Assembly: GCA_964016885.1 (NCBI GenBank) | Contig: OZ024743.1 | Span: 70,060,001 to 70,124,000 of the forward strand | Direction of reading: 5' to 3' | Length of the DNA stretch: 64,000 bases | Origin: Eledone cirrhosa | Taxonomy: Eukaryota | In this document: one piece after another, positions 1 through 12,214 of the stretch | Layout of the letters: the number at the start of each line of letters is the position of its first letter | How positions within the stretch are numbered: position 1 is the first letter of the stretch | Made by a program: the position numbers and the translations under genes | The notes under the pieces: model-generated | Database searches by the model: none | What the model was told of the DNA's origin: nothing | What the model saw: the letters and a program-made list of their open reading frames with translations, nothing else

Positions 1-129
1 TGCCAACATTCTATAATGTACGAGGTTATCCGTCCTTCACATTTTCAACCCTTAATGTTTGATTTGAGATATATTGGCTGCTGTTTCTAGCATGGTGAGT
101 GTCGATATAAAAACTATAGCAGAAGAACT

Positions 130-215
130 ACTCCAAAGTATTGCTCACTCGGAATCGAATTCAGAAGCATATGGTTGTCAAGTTCAAACTTCTTAACCAC
201 GTAGATAAGCGTCTG
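130..215 (-). mobile_element. Degenerate tRNA-derived SINE head fragment
   Basis: Reverse complement resembles the SINE head at 50443 (GTGGTTAAG...TTCGATTCC, A/B-box-like). Confidence 0.4.
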
Positions 216-258
216 CTATATTTTTATATTTTCTGGTTTTACTCCTAAAGCAGTTGAT

Positions 259-360
259 TTGGCGAAGCAGTTAAAGTGTTGGATATTTGTTATGGTTCTC
301 TCTGTTCTGAGTTCAAATCCAGCTGATGTATATTTTGTCTTTCATCTTTTCAGAGTCGAT
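259..360 (+). mobile_element. Degenerate copy of the abundant tRNA-derived SINE
   Basis: GAGTTCAAATCC (B-box) followed by ...TTTGTCTTTCATCTTTTCAGAGTCGAT, homologous to the other SINE copies in the window. Confidence 0.6.
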
Positions 361-540
361 GCTTGTGTCTCATGTTTTCCTTCTAGCTGTCACATCCTGA
401 ATGTTCCGTTGGAGCAAAGAAGGGGTAGGATTGAGAAAGTATCTGCTCACGATTGCAAGGGCAATAAAAAACATTTGCGGAAATATAGTATATACTACCA
501 CGTTATATTCGATTGATAGTGATGGCTGTGGTGTAATTAT

Positions 541-775
541 TTCACCCTTTGTTACCAAACCAGCCAAAACCGGCTCTGGTTCTACGGAATAAAGTCGCCC
601 ATTCTAAAGGTTTCCAATTTAAATTAAAAATCTTCCAACATAATTAATATAAGAACCTTACATTAAGTATCTTATTGATGAAATAATTAATAATTTAACT
701 AAATCTCTCGAAAGTCTTTATTAGTTAATCAAAATAGAGTGTATTTCATTAGAAATGTGGTCATTAAAGGGTTAA
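541..775. mobile_element. piggyBac-like MITE
   Basis: Ends TTCACCCTTTGTTACCA / TGGTCATTAAAGGGTTAA: CCCTTT terminal inverted repeats with TTAA-like flanks. Confidence 0.45.
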
Positions 776-1074
776 TCTCATTTTCCGACGTCCATTGAAA
801 GAAACAATTACGTCCCTTTCCTAAGGTGTCCTTGTGATGCCGCCCATTTATTTCTCTTTCGGCAAAATAAAAGAAACGATCATTATTATAGCTATTATTG
901 TAAGGTACAGTTTACCTTCTTTCCTGTTCATTTTTCACGCCATCCCAACAAACCGGCACCACCATCTCTACCGCTAACAATAACACCACCACCACCACCA
1001 CTAACAACAACAACAACAACAAAAACAGCAGGAGTAAGAGCAATAGTTCTTCTTCACACCTATACTCAATAACT

Positions 1075-2108
1075 CCCAACCATAGCCAACCAGCCAGCCA
1101 ACCCTCCAGCCAGCCAAACAACCAGCCAGCCAACTAGTCAACCAGCTAACCAACCAGCCAACCAAACAACCAAACAGCCAACCAACCAACCAGTCAATCA
1201 GCCTACCAACCAACCAGCCAGCCAACCAACCAACCAGCCAATCAAGCAACCAGCCAACCACCCAACCAGCCAATCAACCAATCAGCCAACCAACTAGCCA
1301 ACCAACCACCCAACCAACCAGCCAACCAACCAAATAATCAGCCGACCAACCAACCGACCAACCAACCAGCCAACCAGCCAGCCAACCAGCCAACCAACCA
1401 GCCAGCCAACCAACCAACCAGCCAGCCAACCAACAACCAACCAGAAAACCAACCAACCAGCCAACCAACCAACAAGCCAACCAACCAACCAGCCAACCAA
1501 CCAACTAGTCAGCCAACCAACCAACCTACCAGCCAACCAGCCAGCCAACCAGCCAAACAACCAGCCAACCAACCAACCATCCTACCAACCAAGTAGTTAG
1601 CCAACCAACCAACCTACCAATCAACCAGCCAAGCAGCCAACCAACCAGCCAAACAACCAACAAACCAACTAACCAGCCAACCAACCAGCCAACCAACCAG
1701 CCCACCAGCCAACCAACCAGCCAACCAACCAGCCAACCAACCAGCCCACCAGCCAACCAACCAGCCAACCAACCAGCCCACCAGCCAACCAACCAGCCAA
1801 CCAAGCAACCAACTAGCCGGCCAACCAGCCAACCAGCCAACCAACCAGCCAACCAACCAACCAGCCAACCAACCAACAAACCTACTAACCAGCCAACCAA
1901 CCAACAAACCAACTAACCAGCCACCCAACCAGCCAACCAACCAGCCACCAGCCAACCAACCAGCCAACCAGCCAACCAACAAGCCAACCAGCCAACCAAG
2001 CAACCAACTAGCCGGCCAACCAGCCAAGCACCAACCAGCCAACCAGCCAACCAACCAGCCAACCAACCAGCCAACCAGCCAACCAACAAGCCGGCCAACC
2101 AGCCAACT
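1075..2108. repeat. Compound (CCAA/CCAG)n tetranucleotide satellite
   Basis: About 1 kb of ACCA/GCCA units; source of the WLVG/WLAG pseudo-ORFs. Confidence 0.95.
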
Positions 2109-2392
2109 ATCTGCCGTGGTTTTTCTCGTAACGCAACCATCCTATTTCCTGTGAACTTTTTAAATAATAAAAAAAAACCTTACACATCCTCTTTACCTGT
2201 GTTACCCACTCCGCCTACACTTCTCTCTCTCTCTTTCTTTCTATCTCTCTTTCTCACTCTCTCTTTCTCTCTGTCTTGTTTTTTCACTCTTTTTTCTCTT
2301 TCTGTCTGTTTCTCTGTCTCTCTTTTTCTTTCTATCTCTATTTCACACCCCTGTTCTCGTATCCGTTTACTCTATGCCTTTCTTCCCCTTCT

Positions 2393-2572
2393 GTAACTTT
2401 CTCTCTCTCTCCCCCTCCTTCAGTAACTATCTTTCTATCTCTCCCTCTCCCTCAGTAACTATCTTTCTATCTCTCTCTCTCCCTCAGTAACTATTTTCTA
2501 TCTCTCTCCCCTCCCTCAGTAACTATCTTTCTATCTCTTTCCCCTCCCTCAGTAACTATCTTTCTATCTCTC
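2393..2572. repeat. ~32-34 bp minisatellite (CAGTAACTATCTTTCTATCTCTC...CCT)
   Basis: About 5-6 consecutive units visible. Confidence 0.85.
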
Positions 2573-2834
2573 ATTAAATGTTTCCTTTCATTCCCTTCCT
2601 TAAAACGAAAACTATAAAAACTAATGAATGAAATAAAAAGGAAGGCTATAAAATGTCAAATGAAAACCTAGGTGTAGGATAAATCAAAGAAACCTGCTTG
2701 AAAAACACACAATGACATCACCACCCACGCAACTAGTACAGTAACAGATTTATGGTCATAAGTGAGACGGTCTAGGCGACATTTACAGGGGACAAATTAA
2801 AAACAATATTCTCAGTATTACATCAAGAATAATA

Positions 2835-3525
2835 GTTTCTGATTTAGGCACAAGATATGTAATGTTTTATTGGGGGGGTGGGAGTTGGTGTAGGAGATCA
2901 AAGTCGAATAAATCGACACCAGTGTGTTACTGGTACTATATTTTATCGACCCAGTAAGGATGAAAGGCAAAGCTAACCTTGCCGGCATTTAAACTCAGAA
3001 CGTAAAGGGCCGTTACTATATGCCGCTAAGCATGTTGTGCGACGCTCTACCGATACTGCCAATGACCCGCCACAATAATAATTGTTTCTTCTTTAGGCAC
3101 AAGGCCAGCAATTACCCAGTGCATTACTGGTGCTTTATTTTATCGACCCCGTAAGGATGAAAGGCAAAGTCAACCTCGGTGGGATTTGAACTCAGATCGT
3201 AAAGGGACGTAACTATGCTGGAAAGCATGGCGTCCGACCCTCTTCCGATACTCACAATAATAATGATAATTGTTTCTACTTTTGGTACAATGCCAGCACT
3301 TACCCAGTGCATTACTGGTACTTTATTTTATCAACCCCGTAAGGATGAAAGGCAAAGTTAACCTCTGCGGGATTTGTACTCAAACCGTAAATGGCCGTAA
3401 CTCTATGCTGCTAAGCATGGCGTCCGACCCTCTACCGATACTGCCAATGGTTTCTGATTTAGGCACAAGTCCAACAGTTTTGGGATAGGAGAAAGTCGAT
3501 TAAATAGACCCCAGTTCATTACTGG
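2835..3525 (-). mobile_element. Cluster of about 4 tRNA-derived SINE copies
   Basis: Repeated GGCACAAGGCCAG...CTGGTACTTTATTTTATCGACCCCGTAAGGATGAAAGGCAAAG...GGATTTGAACTCAG, separated by (AAT)n. Confidence 0.9.
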
Positions 3526-4019
3526 AAAATATTACTACTCTCTGGTCTTGAATAATCGTCCTCCAGAGAGAACTTGTACCCAAAGTCATTTTAACACATG
3601 GGTGGCACTCTGATTCACATTCTGAATTAATTTCAAGATACACCTATTGAGGATGAAACATTCTTGTAAACATAGAGACACTGCAAAGCTATATAGTTCA
3701 CCTAGGTTTCAACAAATATCCAACATTTCATTTTAGAAGAAGAAAATATCTTTTTCAAATTCCCTAAACACATTTCTCATAAATGATAGATCAATTCATT
3801 AGTTGCATGTGAGAACAAATATGAAATTTTCCTCTGTCATACCTGTAGCAATCAGAAGACGCCAATTGAAAATGTAATTTTAACGCATCTTATGAGCAAA
3901 TAATACTTAATGATCAGTAACGTATCGCTAGCATTCTTGCAGCTGAAAAATGAATAATTTCCAATGTTTTTTTAATTATCGTTGATTAAGTTATACATTT
4001 GCAAGTAAAGGGCAGAATT

Positions 4020-4535
4020 AAGTGCAACAATTGCCGGAGCTGGTGCAGTAATGTGCAACCTTCAGCATTCAGTGATCAGAAAAAGGGAGGTAGGTGTAAA
4101 AGCTAAATTCGCAATCTTTAATTCGATATTCATGCCAACCCTTACATATAGTCATGAATCTTGTGTAATGACCAGAAGAATATGATCGAGAATAAAAACG
4201 GCCGAAATGGGATTCCTCCGAAGGTCTTTGGAGTAACGTTACTCTATAGAGTGCGTAGCGGCTACTCCTCTGAGTTGGGAGATCACAGCTCCGATATTAC
4301 GGGCATGTGGTTAGAATGTCCCAGGAAAGAATTGTTGGACAGAATATACGGACAAAACCAACAGGAGTCCCACGGGTAGACCCAGAGCAAGATGGTTGGA
4401 TAACAGCCATGAGTTTGGCTGGTCTCGCTTATGGATCAGTTGGAGACGGTTGCTTCGGACAGGACCCGCTGGAAGGAGTGTTTGAGGACTCTTCCCCACG
4501 AACATCTCAGGAATAAGTGAGCGAAGAAGAGAAGA
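4020..4535 (+). mobile_element. RTE-clade (Rex3/Expander-like) LINE 3' fragment, degenerate
   Basis: Translates across stops and frameshifts to IAGAGAVM...KAKFAIFNSIFMPTLTYSHESCVMT...AEMGFLRR...QLRYYGHVVRM...RGRPRARW, typical of the RTE C-terminal region; short (GAA)n tail. Confidence 0.8.
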
Positions 4536-4844
4536 AGAGCAGAAGAATTTTCTCTATGCAGTTCTGGTCTGTGTGACCAGTTGTAAGATTCTATTAACAG
4601 ATAGCCATCCAGTGTTAGAAGGTAATACTTCAGTAACAAGGAACGATTGTAAATGGGAAGAGTGGTAAATATATTTTACGATAATCAAATTCCATTACTG
4701 CTTAGAGAGAATTATTAATGCCACAAAGGTTTGAAGTTAGTTCTGTTGCAAAAACAGTTTTTAATATTCATTGGATCAGCAGAATTGGTAGTATGTCGGG
4801 AAAAATGTTATGGTAATATATAATGTTATGGTGGTATTAGCATC

Positions 4845-4879
<35 letters not shown>

Positions 4880-4889
4880 AAAGCTATGC

Positions 4890-7800
4890 TTGAAGCGAAA
4901 TCCTATTTCTTTATATACATATATATATATATATTTTTCCTGTGTATACTCTCCTCTCCTTACGTTATTTCTGTTTGATTTTCCCTTCCCCGTCTCTGAC
5001 TATCTTTCGCACTCACCCCGTTGCCCCCCCCCCCCCCCATATCCCCACCACCCCGCTTCACACACCTTCCTTATCACCCCCCCTGCTTTCACTCTACGCC
5101 CACCATGCCCAGCCTAAGATCCTTTCTCCACCAACTACACACCAGCCTCAAACTTTTCCTCACCCCTCCTCCCACCCTGCTATCTCCTCTCGGCCCTTCA
5201 ACTCTCCTACCTTCTCTTCGCCAAAACCCGGCACTCCAGCCACATCCATTTCCTCAGCCGCTGCCTCCACCTCCACTTTATCCCCCTCGGCTTCCGTCTA
5301 CACTGCCACACCTCACCCCCGGTTCCCCCTCCACCCAACGTATCCTCACCCGATCCTCGCGCCTCCTAATGTGCAACTCCCTCCGCGCTTCCCGCTCCAC
5401 TATCCGCAAACTTGACTACCAACTTACCCCACCCTCCTCCGCCTTAACTCCGCCTGCCACCCACTCCTCGCCCACGCCATCATCCTCTTCACCCAAAACC
5501 TCAACCACAACCTATTCTCCTTCCTCACCTCCACCAAAGCCCTTAAGTTACACTCACTCCTCCCGACCACCCCATGTACCCCGCCACCGCCCACCCATCC
5601 CTATGACAACCCACACACATTCCTCCCCTCCACACCACTCTCCGCCCCTCCCTCACCCCACACCCCTATCCAATCTCCACACTCCACCTCACCCCTCATC
5701 ACACCCTCCCCCTCACACACCCAAACCCCACCACTTGTCACCATAACCCCTGACCTCCCCCTCTCCGCACCTGAGCACTCAATCCTCAGTAGAGGCCTTC
5801 ACTTCATACCCCACACTCCGCACAGCGACGAGTTCCGCACCCGAACGGAAGTCGAGCGATTCGTGCGACGCACGAAGCTACAGGCACATTTCGGTCAAAT
5901 GCCACAGGCTCCGAACGCCCCAGACCCGTTTCTCGACCTGGGCCGACGACCATCGTCTTGGACGCCGGCCGCAGGGTAATTTAGCACCCTGGACGCGTTC
6001 GTCGATGCCAGCCGTAGCGCAGTAAATCGCTTCGACTTCCGCCACCGATCCCAACGGAATAACATCTCACGGGGCGAACTCCTCGCTCTCCGCTCCCTCC
6101 GTAGCCGAGATGAGATCGTCATGAAAGCGGCAGACAAGGGAGGCGCCGTGGTGGTGTGGCGCGCTGACCTCTACACGGCTGTAGCCCTCAGGCAGCTCCG
6201 TAACACCCTCTTCTACCGCCCTCTACCCTCCGATCCCACATCCCTTTACCAACAACAAGTTTACTCCACCATCCAACACCTTGTCTCATCCCCCACCCCG
6301 CTTCCCACCTCATCGTCCGCACCCCCCGCACCCCCACATCTACTTCCTCCCCAACTCTACAAACCCGACAATCCCGGCCGCCCCATCGTCTCCGCTTGCA
6401 ACTGCCCCACCGAACTCATCTCCGCCTTTCTTGACTCCATCCTCGCCCCCCTCGTCACCACCCTCCCCTCCCACATCTCCGACACCAACCACGCTCTTCG
6501 CCTATTCGACTCCTTCACCTTCCCACCCGGCCCACAGCCCTTCCTCTTCACCCTAGATATCAAGTCGCTCTATACAGTCATCCCCCACGCCGACGGCCTA
6601 CGTGCCCTCAAGCACTACCTCGACTTCGCTCCTCCCCATCCCCTCCACAATCACCCACCTTCGCCTCGCCGAGCTGGTCCTCACCCTCAACTCTTTCTCC
6701 TTCTCGTGTGAGTTTTACCAACAGGTCACGGGGGTAGCCATGGGCACAAGAATTGGCCCAAACTATGCCAACCGTTTTGTTGGCCATGTTGAGGCACAAA
6801 TCTTTGCCCAGTACACTGGCCCCACGCCCGAACTGCATGGTCGTTACATCGACGACTGTATCGGAGCCACGACCCTCACTCGGGAACAGCTCGACTCCTT
6901 TCTCTCCTTCTTCTGCTCCTTCCACCCCTCCCTCCACTTCACCACCTCTATTTCCACCACCCACGTCCACTTCTTAGACATCTCTGTCGCCTTGAAACCC
7001 ACCAACACCACCACCACTCCCTCGTCACCTCCGCCTTCTTCAAACCCACAGACTCCCACTCCTACCTCGACTTCACCTCCTCCCACCCCTACACACACTA
7101 AACACTTTATTCCCTACTCCCAACTCCTCAGGATCCACCGCCTCTGTAGCCGAGATTCTGACTTTGAGTCCCCGGCTCTTTCCCTAGTTAGCCATTTCAT
7201 CTTCAGAGGTTACCCCCCCCCCTCTCGTCCACACCGCTCTCACTCGCGCCCGTGCTGTCCACCGCTCCACCACACTCACCCCACGCGACCGCACACCCAC
7301 CCACCGTCTCCTCTTCCCCATCACTTACCACCCCTCCACTCTACCCCTCCACCGCACCATCCTCCGCCTCTTCCGACGCCTGCAGTCCGACCCCTCCACC
7401 TCCCACCTCTTACCAGCCCCACCACTCCCCTCCTTCAATTGCGCACGCAATCTCCGCACCCTCCTCGTCCGCAGACTCCCCCACGGTTCCCTTCCCTGTT
7501 CCAGGCCTCGTTGCAACTCCAGTCCCCACATCACCAACATCACCACCTTCCAGGGTCCCAACGGCCACGCTCTCTCTGTCCGGCATGCCTTCCGCTGCAC
7601 CTCCTCCAACCTAGTCTATCGACTTCGCTGCACGGAGTGCATCGCAACCTACATCGGACAGACTGAACGTCCCCTGGCGGACCATTTTACCGAACACCTA
7701 CGGGATATTTGTCTCGGCGGTAGTTCCCCCATCGCCCGCCACTTTGGCTCCCTTGGACATTCCGCGCCCCACCTCAAAGTCTGTGGTCTACTCCAATGCC

Positions 7801-9260
7801 ACGGAACACCCACCACCCTCCTCAGGGTCGAACAAACCATCTTCACCCTACAGACCCACACTCCCCCCGGCCTGAACTCCCCACCCCTATTCCTTTAGCA
7901 TTCGACGGCCCTTTCCCCCTCACACACACCCATATCCCCCACTAACACCACTAACACACTCCTCTTTTCACCGCCCACCCCACAACTACCAATACTAACA
8001 CCCCCACCCCACATCCGACCACCCTTCCCCAACTAACAATACTAACATCCTTTCTTCTCCCCCCCTTCCCCTTTTCACGCACACACCCACCGGTACATAT
8101 ATACACGCACTCACACTAACCACACACCCTACTACCACCACTAACCCTCACCCACACATCCACTCCCACTACTCCACAACTAATACTACTAACCCCCCCC
8201 CCATCGAACCCACGCACACGAACACACACCACACCCACTTACACCACCCACGCTACACACCCTACCACCATTAACCCCCACAACACCCCCTTCACCACAC
8301 ACCCTCCCCACTCCGCCCTTCACACCTACCCATCCTCTCCCCTGTCCACCGCACCTCCGCACACACTGACACCCTGACTTTCTCCACCTGCCATTCTCCC
8401 CGACTGCTGCTATGCCCTGAACCTCTGACCACCTCTCCGCACACACAGACGCATAACCCTCCTCCTGCCTTGAGTCACTGACCACTTCCTGTTGAGCGCG
8501 CACCCAACATCTCCCCTCTTCCGACCAACCCATCCACGGATTACACACATTGGACATCGCCCCCACGAATCAACTCCATCACAAGGAAATTATCCAGCAT
8601 CCCACCACATCCTCTACGGAACTACCTTAGGAACTTACTCACGGACATACACTCAAAATATTTTTTTCCCACAGGCCACCTACATCCACAATACGTATAA
8701 ACACCACATACACGTGCGTACCACCACATATTTACACACTCAGCCTCCGGAATCCTCCACCCACCCCTCTGACCCCTCCCCATCCACACACGCACACACA
8801 CACCGACCTACACCCCACCCCACACACACCTTTTCCTGAACATGCAACCCCGTTCTTCCCCCAACTCTCACATTCACATACACACACACACACGTACACC
8901 TACACACACACACCACCTTCAGCCCTCCCCGCTCGGACACCACGCTTCCCTCTCCACACGCCACCACCCCTATACGCCTCACAACCTTCCACTACTTGTT
9001 TAACTTCATGTTTATTTTTATTTTTATTATGCTTTTATATTTATTTTCATTTGTACCGGTTCCTCTCACCCCCTTTTTTCTAAATGTCTCTCCCCACTCA
9101 CCTACACACCCTTGGAACTCTCTTCCCACACACTTTTCGCCCGAAGAAGGGATTATGCCCGAAACGTCGTTCCCCACTACCACCCCACTCTCAAGAGCGT
9201 GAAACTAATAAACCTTTGTTCGTACTGCCTCTCTGTTTTGTTCCCGTTCAACTTTTCACT
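4890..9260 (+). mobile_element. Penelope-like retroelement, near full length, flanked by (TA)n
   Basis: RT plus GIY-YIG coding region, long C-rich 3' region, and a terminal HHR-like motif at 9141-9168. Confidence 0.9.
4942..7898 (+). pseudogene. PLE reverse transcriptase + GIY-YIG endonuclease (frameshifted)
   Basis: KAADKGGAVVVW, PGRPIVSACNCPTELIS, FTLDIKSLYTVIPH, GVAMGTRIGPNYAN, RYIDD, FLDISV; then SNLVYRLRCTECIATYIGQTERPLADHFTEHL (GIY-YIG); TAG at about 7896-7898. Confidence 0.9.
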
Positions 9261-9296
9261 ATATATATATATAGGGTTTGAAACTAACAAAGAAGC

Positions 9297-9333
<37 letters not shown>

Positions 9334-9779
9334 TAAAATCCCACTGCGGTGCCAATCGGTTTCGGCTTGTGTATTGTGCAAGCCTTTGCAGGGTGTGTAA
9401 AATAGGCCACGAGATATGGTAGTGATTTGGTCAAATTTACCACAGTAAAAAAACTGGGTTAATAGGGAAGGTGGGAGCAGGGAATGCTAATTGCATCTGT
9501 ATATACAAGGGATCAAGAGAAGGATATAGTCTGCGTGAGGGTAGGGGTGGTTTGTGGGTAGAATAGAAGGTGAGGGGGTACTTAAAATCGAAACCACTTG
9601 GCGCCGCGATCAGGACTTTACATGCATTGAGTCTTCTCATGATTAGTCGTCTCCCCGGTCTCAACACCACAGATCTCTCTCTTTCCCCCTCTCTCTTCCT
9701 CTCTCTATCTCTCTCTATATATATGTAATCGTAATGAGTTTAAATCAACAGGTTAAATTAACTGCGTTAATCCTTATTC

Positions 9780-9838
9780 GCTGTTATATATATTTCGGTG
9801 ATAACGGTTATGCAACAGCTATAACCTCATCAGACAGC
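9780..9838 (-). ncRNA. Minimal type-I hammerhead ribozyme motif
   Basis: Minus strand reads GCTGT CTGATGA GGT...ACC GAAA TATATA TA ACAGC: 5-bp stem I, intact core, palindromic stem III. Confidence 0.7.
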
Positions 9839-10934
9839 TAGAATTTGAACAGAAAAAAAAAGAAAAAAAAACAAAGATGAAATAAAGCTTATTCTGTTAT
9901 TTCGATTATGTTATATGCTCTCTGCCAAAATTTGGTGTTATATATATATACACTTTAGGAGAATAGGGACATATTTCTTTTTTCTTTTGGATATGAAATA
10001 AATATGTATCTTCTTTACAAATATGTAAATTATGTAACTGTGATTCACTTCCGTTCATCTTCTGAAAATCATCGTTAATTACAAGGCAAATTCAACTCAG
10101 GTACAATTTATGATAAAGAAATATATTTATTTATAAAATACATTTAAGTGATTAACGCTACAAATACTTAAATGAGAAACTGTATATCTATAAATAGTTA
10201 GCTGTATTACTAATATTGTCATTTTGCTATTGTAAAAATTTGTTTTCATCGTTTGTTTCAAATGTTATTTCGTTACTAATCCCTTGTTTCCTGTGTTTCC
10301 ATTGTTAAATTTGTATTTTTTCAGCACTACATAGCTTACTTACGGCTCTATGGCTATCATGTTTCTTTTATCTCAACCAATTGAAAAATTGTCGATCCGA
10401 TAGCCAAATATATAAGGGTGTACTTTCGGCTCTCGAATAATCTCCACCCTCCATCCACTTATAATCTTTTCAGATCTTTTCCACCCCTACCCCACCCCCG
10501 CTTTTATACTACCCGCTTCGCTTAATATTTTTTGTTAATCTATCTCGGACGAAATTTTATTTTAAGTGGTAGCATTACTGCTATAATTAATTTTCTTTAT
10601 ACATTAAAAACATTACACATGACAAAAAATACATTAATAGAATTCCCTTACGTCATAATGTGCAAATGAACCGAGTAATTCTGCTTTAAAAAATAAATCA
10701 ACGGATACAACGTAGAAAAATTACCGATTTTCAACTCCCCTCCCTCGCTTAGTCTACCACAATCCACCATTATTTGAGATCCCAGAATAGTTTTAGAATC
10801 TTCGAATTTTGTTTTTTTTCAAAAATCATTGCTTGAGCATCAGGTGACAACACCTTCCGGTTTATTTTATTGCATCAGGAAGTTTCTACCGGCAGCGAAA
10901 TATAGCCATCAATTTACACATTACCATTTTAATA

Positions 10935-11070
10935 ATTGTTTCTACTTTAGGCACAAGGCCAGCAATTACCCAGTGCATTACTGGTACTTTATTTTATCGA
11001 CCCCGTAAGGATGAAAGGCAAAGTCAACCTCGGCGGGATTTGAACTCAGATCGTAAAGGGACGTAACTAT
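10935..11070 (-). mobile_element. tRNA-derived SINE, truncated
   Basis: Same family as 3080-3255, nearly identical. Confidence 0.9.
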
Positions 11071-11674
11071 TTTAATAATGAGATATATTTTGAAACAATT
11101 AAATCATTAAAATATTCTGCTACCTTTAAGAGAGTATGTTAGCACTAGTATAAATTTATTAATAAACGCCTGTCATACCATCAAACAAAAAGCCTAACCT
11201 TAAAGGCAAAGTGCTACTATACAGGGTAACCAAAATGCAAAGCAACCAATATTTCAAACTAGGAATTACTCGTTCTCTAAAATATGCAAATATCACTGGA
11301 ATGTATTAAATATTTACAATTATTATTTTTGTTGTTGAATTTATTTAAATTTGAAATTTTCTTGAAACAACATTCAAAATATTAAGGCACACCTGCATTT
11401 ACTGCTTGAAAAATGTGTTCAGAATATGTAATGTTACTGATAGCAATGTAGTAATTATTGTTCGTTATGAACTGCAATTAATGATCAATAATCCAATCAA
11501 TTTTGACGATAAACGAAACATTAATCAAAGTAATTAAAAATAAGTCATTAATTTTGGTAAAACAATTCCTCATTGGTCAAAACTCATGAAATATTTTTAA
11601 TGAAATAGAGTGGATTGTAGATTGAGAAGGGTGTTTAAGTATTCGATAAATTACCAAGTATTCTTTATTATATA

Positions 11675-11733
<59 letters not shown>

Positions 11734-11890
11734 GTTGCAGTAATAGGTAGATAAACATATCCAAGGTTTAGTGCAATTCAAGTTCTAATATTATTACGCG
11801 AATATAATTATATCTATTAAAGCCAGAAGAAAGACCACAATGGTCTTTTATCCAAGGCTTTACTGAATCTGCACATACCCCACCATTTGA

Positions 11891-11921
<31 letters not shown>

Positions 11922-12214
11922 ATAATAATAATAATAATGATTTCATTTATTGGCCACAAGGGCCGACATATAGGGGACAATACACAAGACTGGGACAGTG
12001 GGGTTTTACAGAAAAATCGAGTAAACAATATGAATAAACAAAGTAACAATAACAAAGTAACAGTAAAGTAACAATAAAATTACAACAAGAAAAAAATTCA
12101 ACAATAGGGGGGATGACCACCTAGGGTTCGCTCAGGTACCCCACCAGTCCTGAACGACCCGACGCTTCGAGAGCGCCCTGGATAGGCACCCCTCTCCTCT
12201 TCAATTTTACCTAC

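Noticed and set aside
837-904. Signal-peptide-like first exon MPPIYFSFGKIKETIIIIAIIV
   Set aside because: Donor phases (0 or 2) are incompatible with the downstream candidate exon; no other support.
912-2140. WLVG-repeat membrane-protein-like ORFs
   Set aside because: Translation of a tetranucleotide satellite.
9345-9395. HHR-like CTGCAAA GGCTTG..CAAGCC GAAA on the minus strand
   Set aside because: Stem II is good but the core has two non-compensated changes and stems I and III are unclear; at most a relic.
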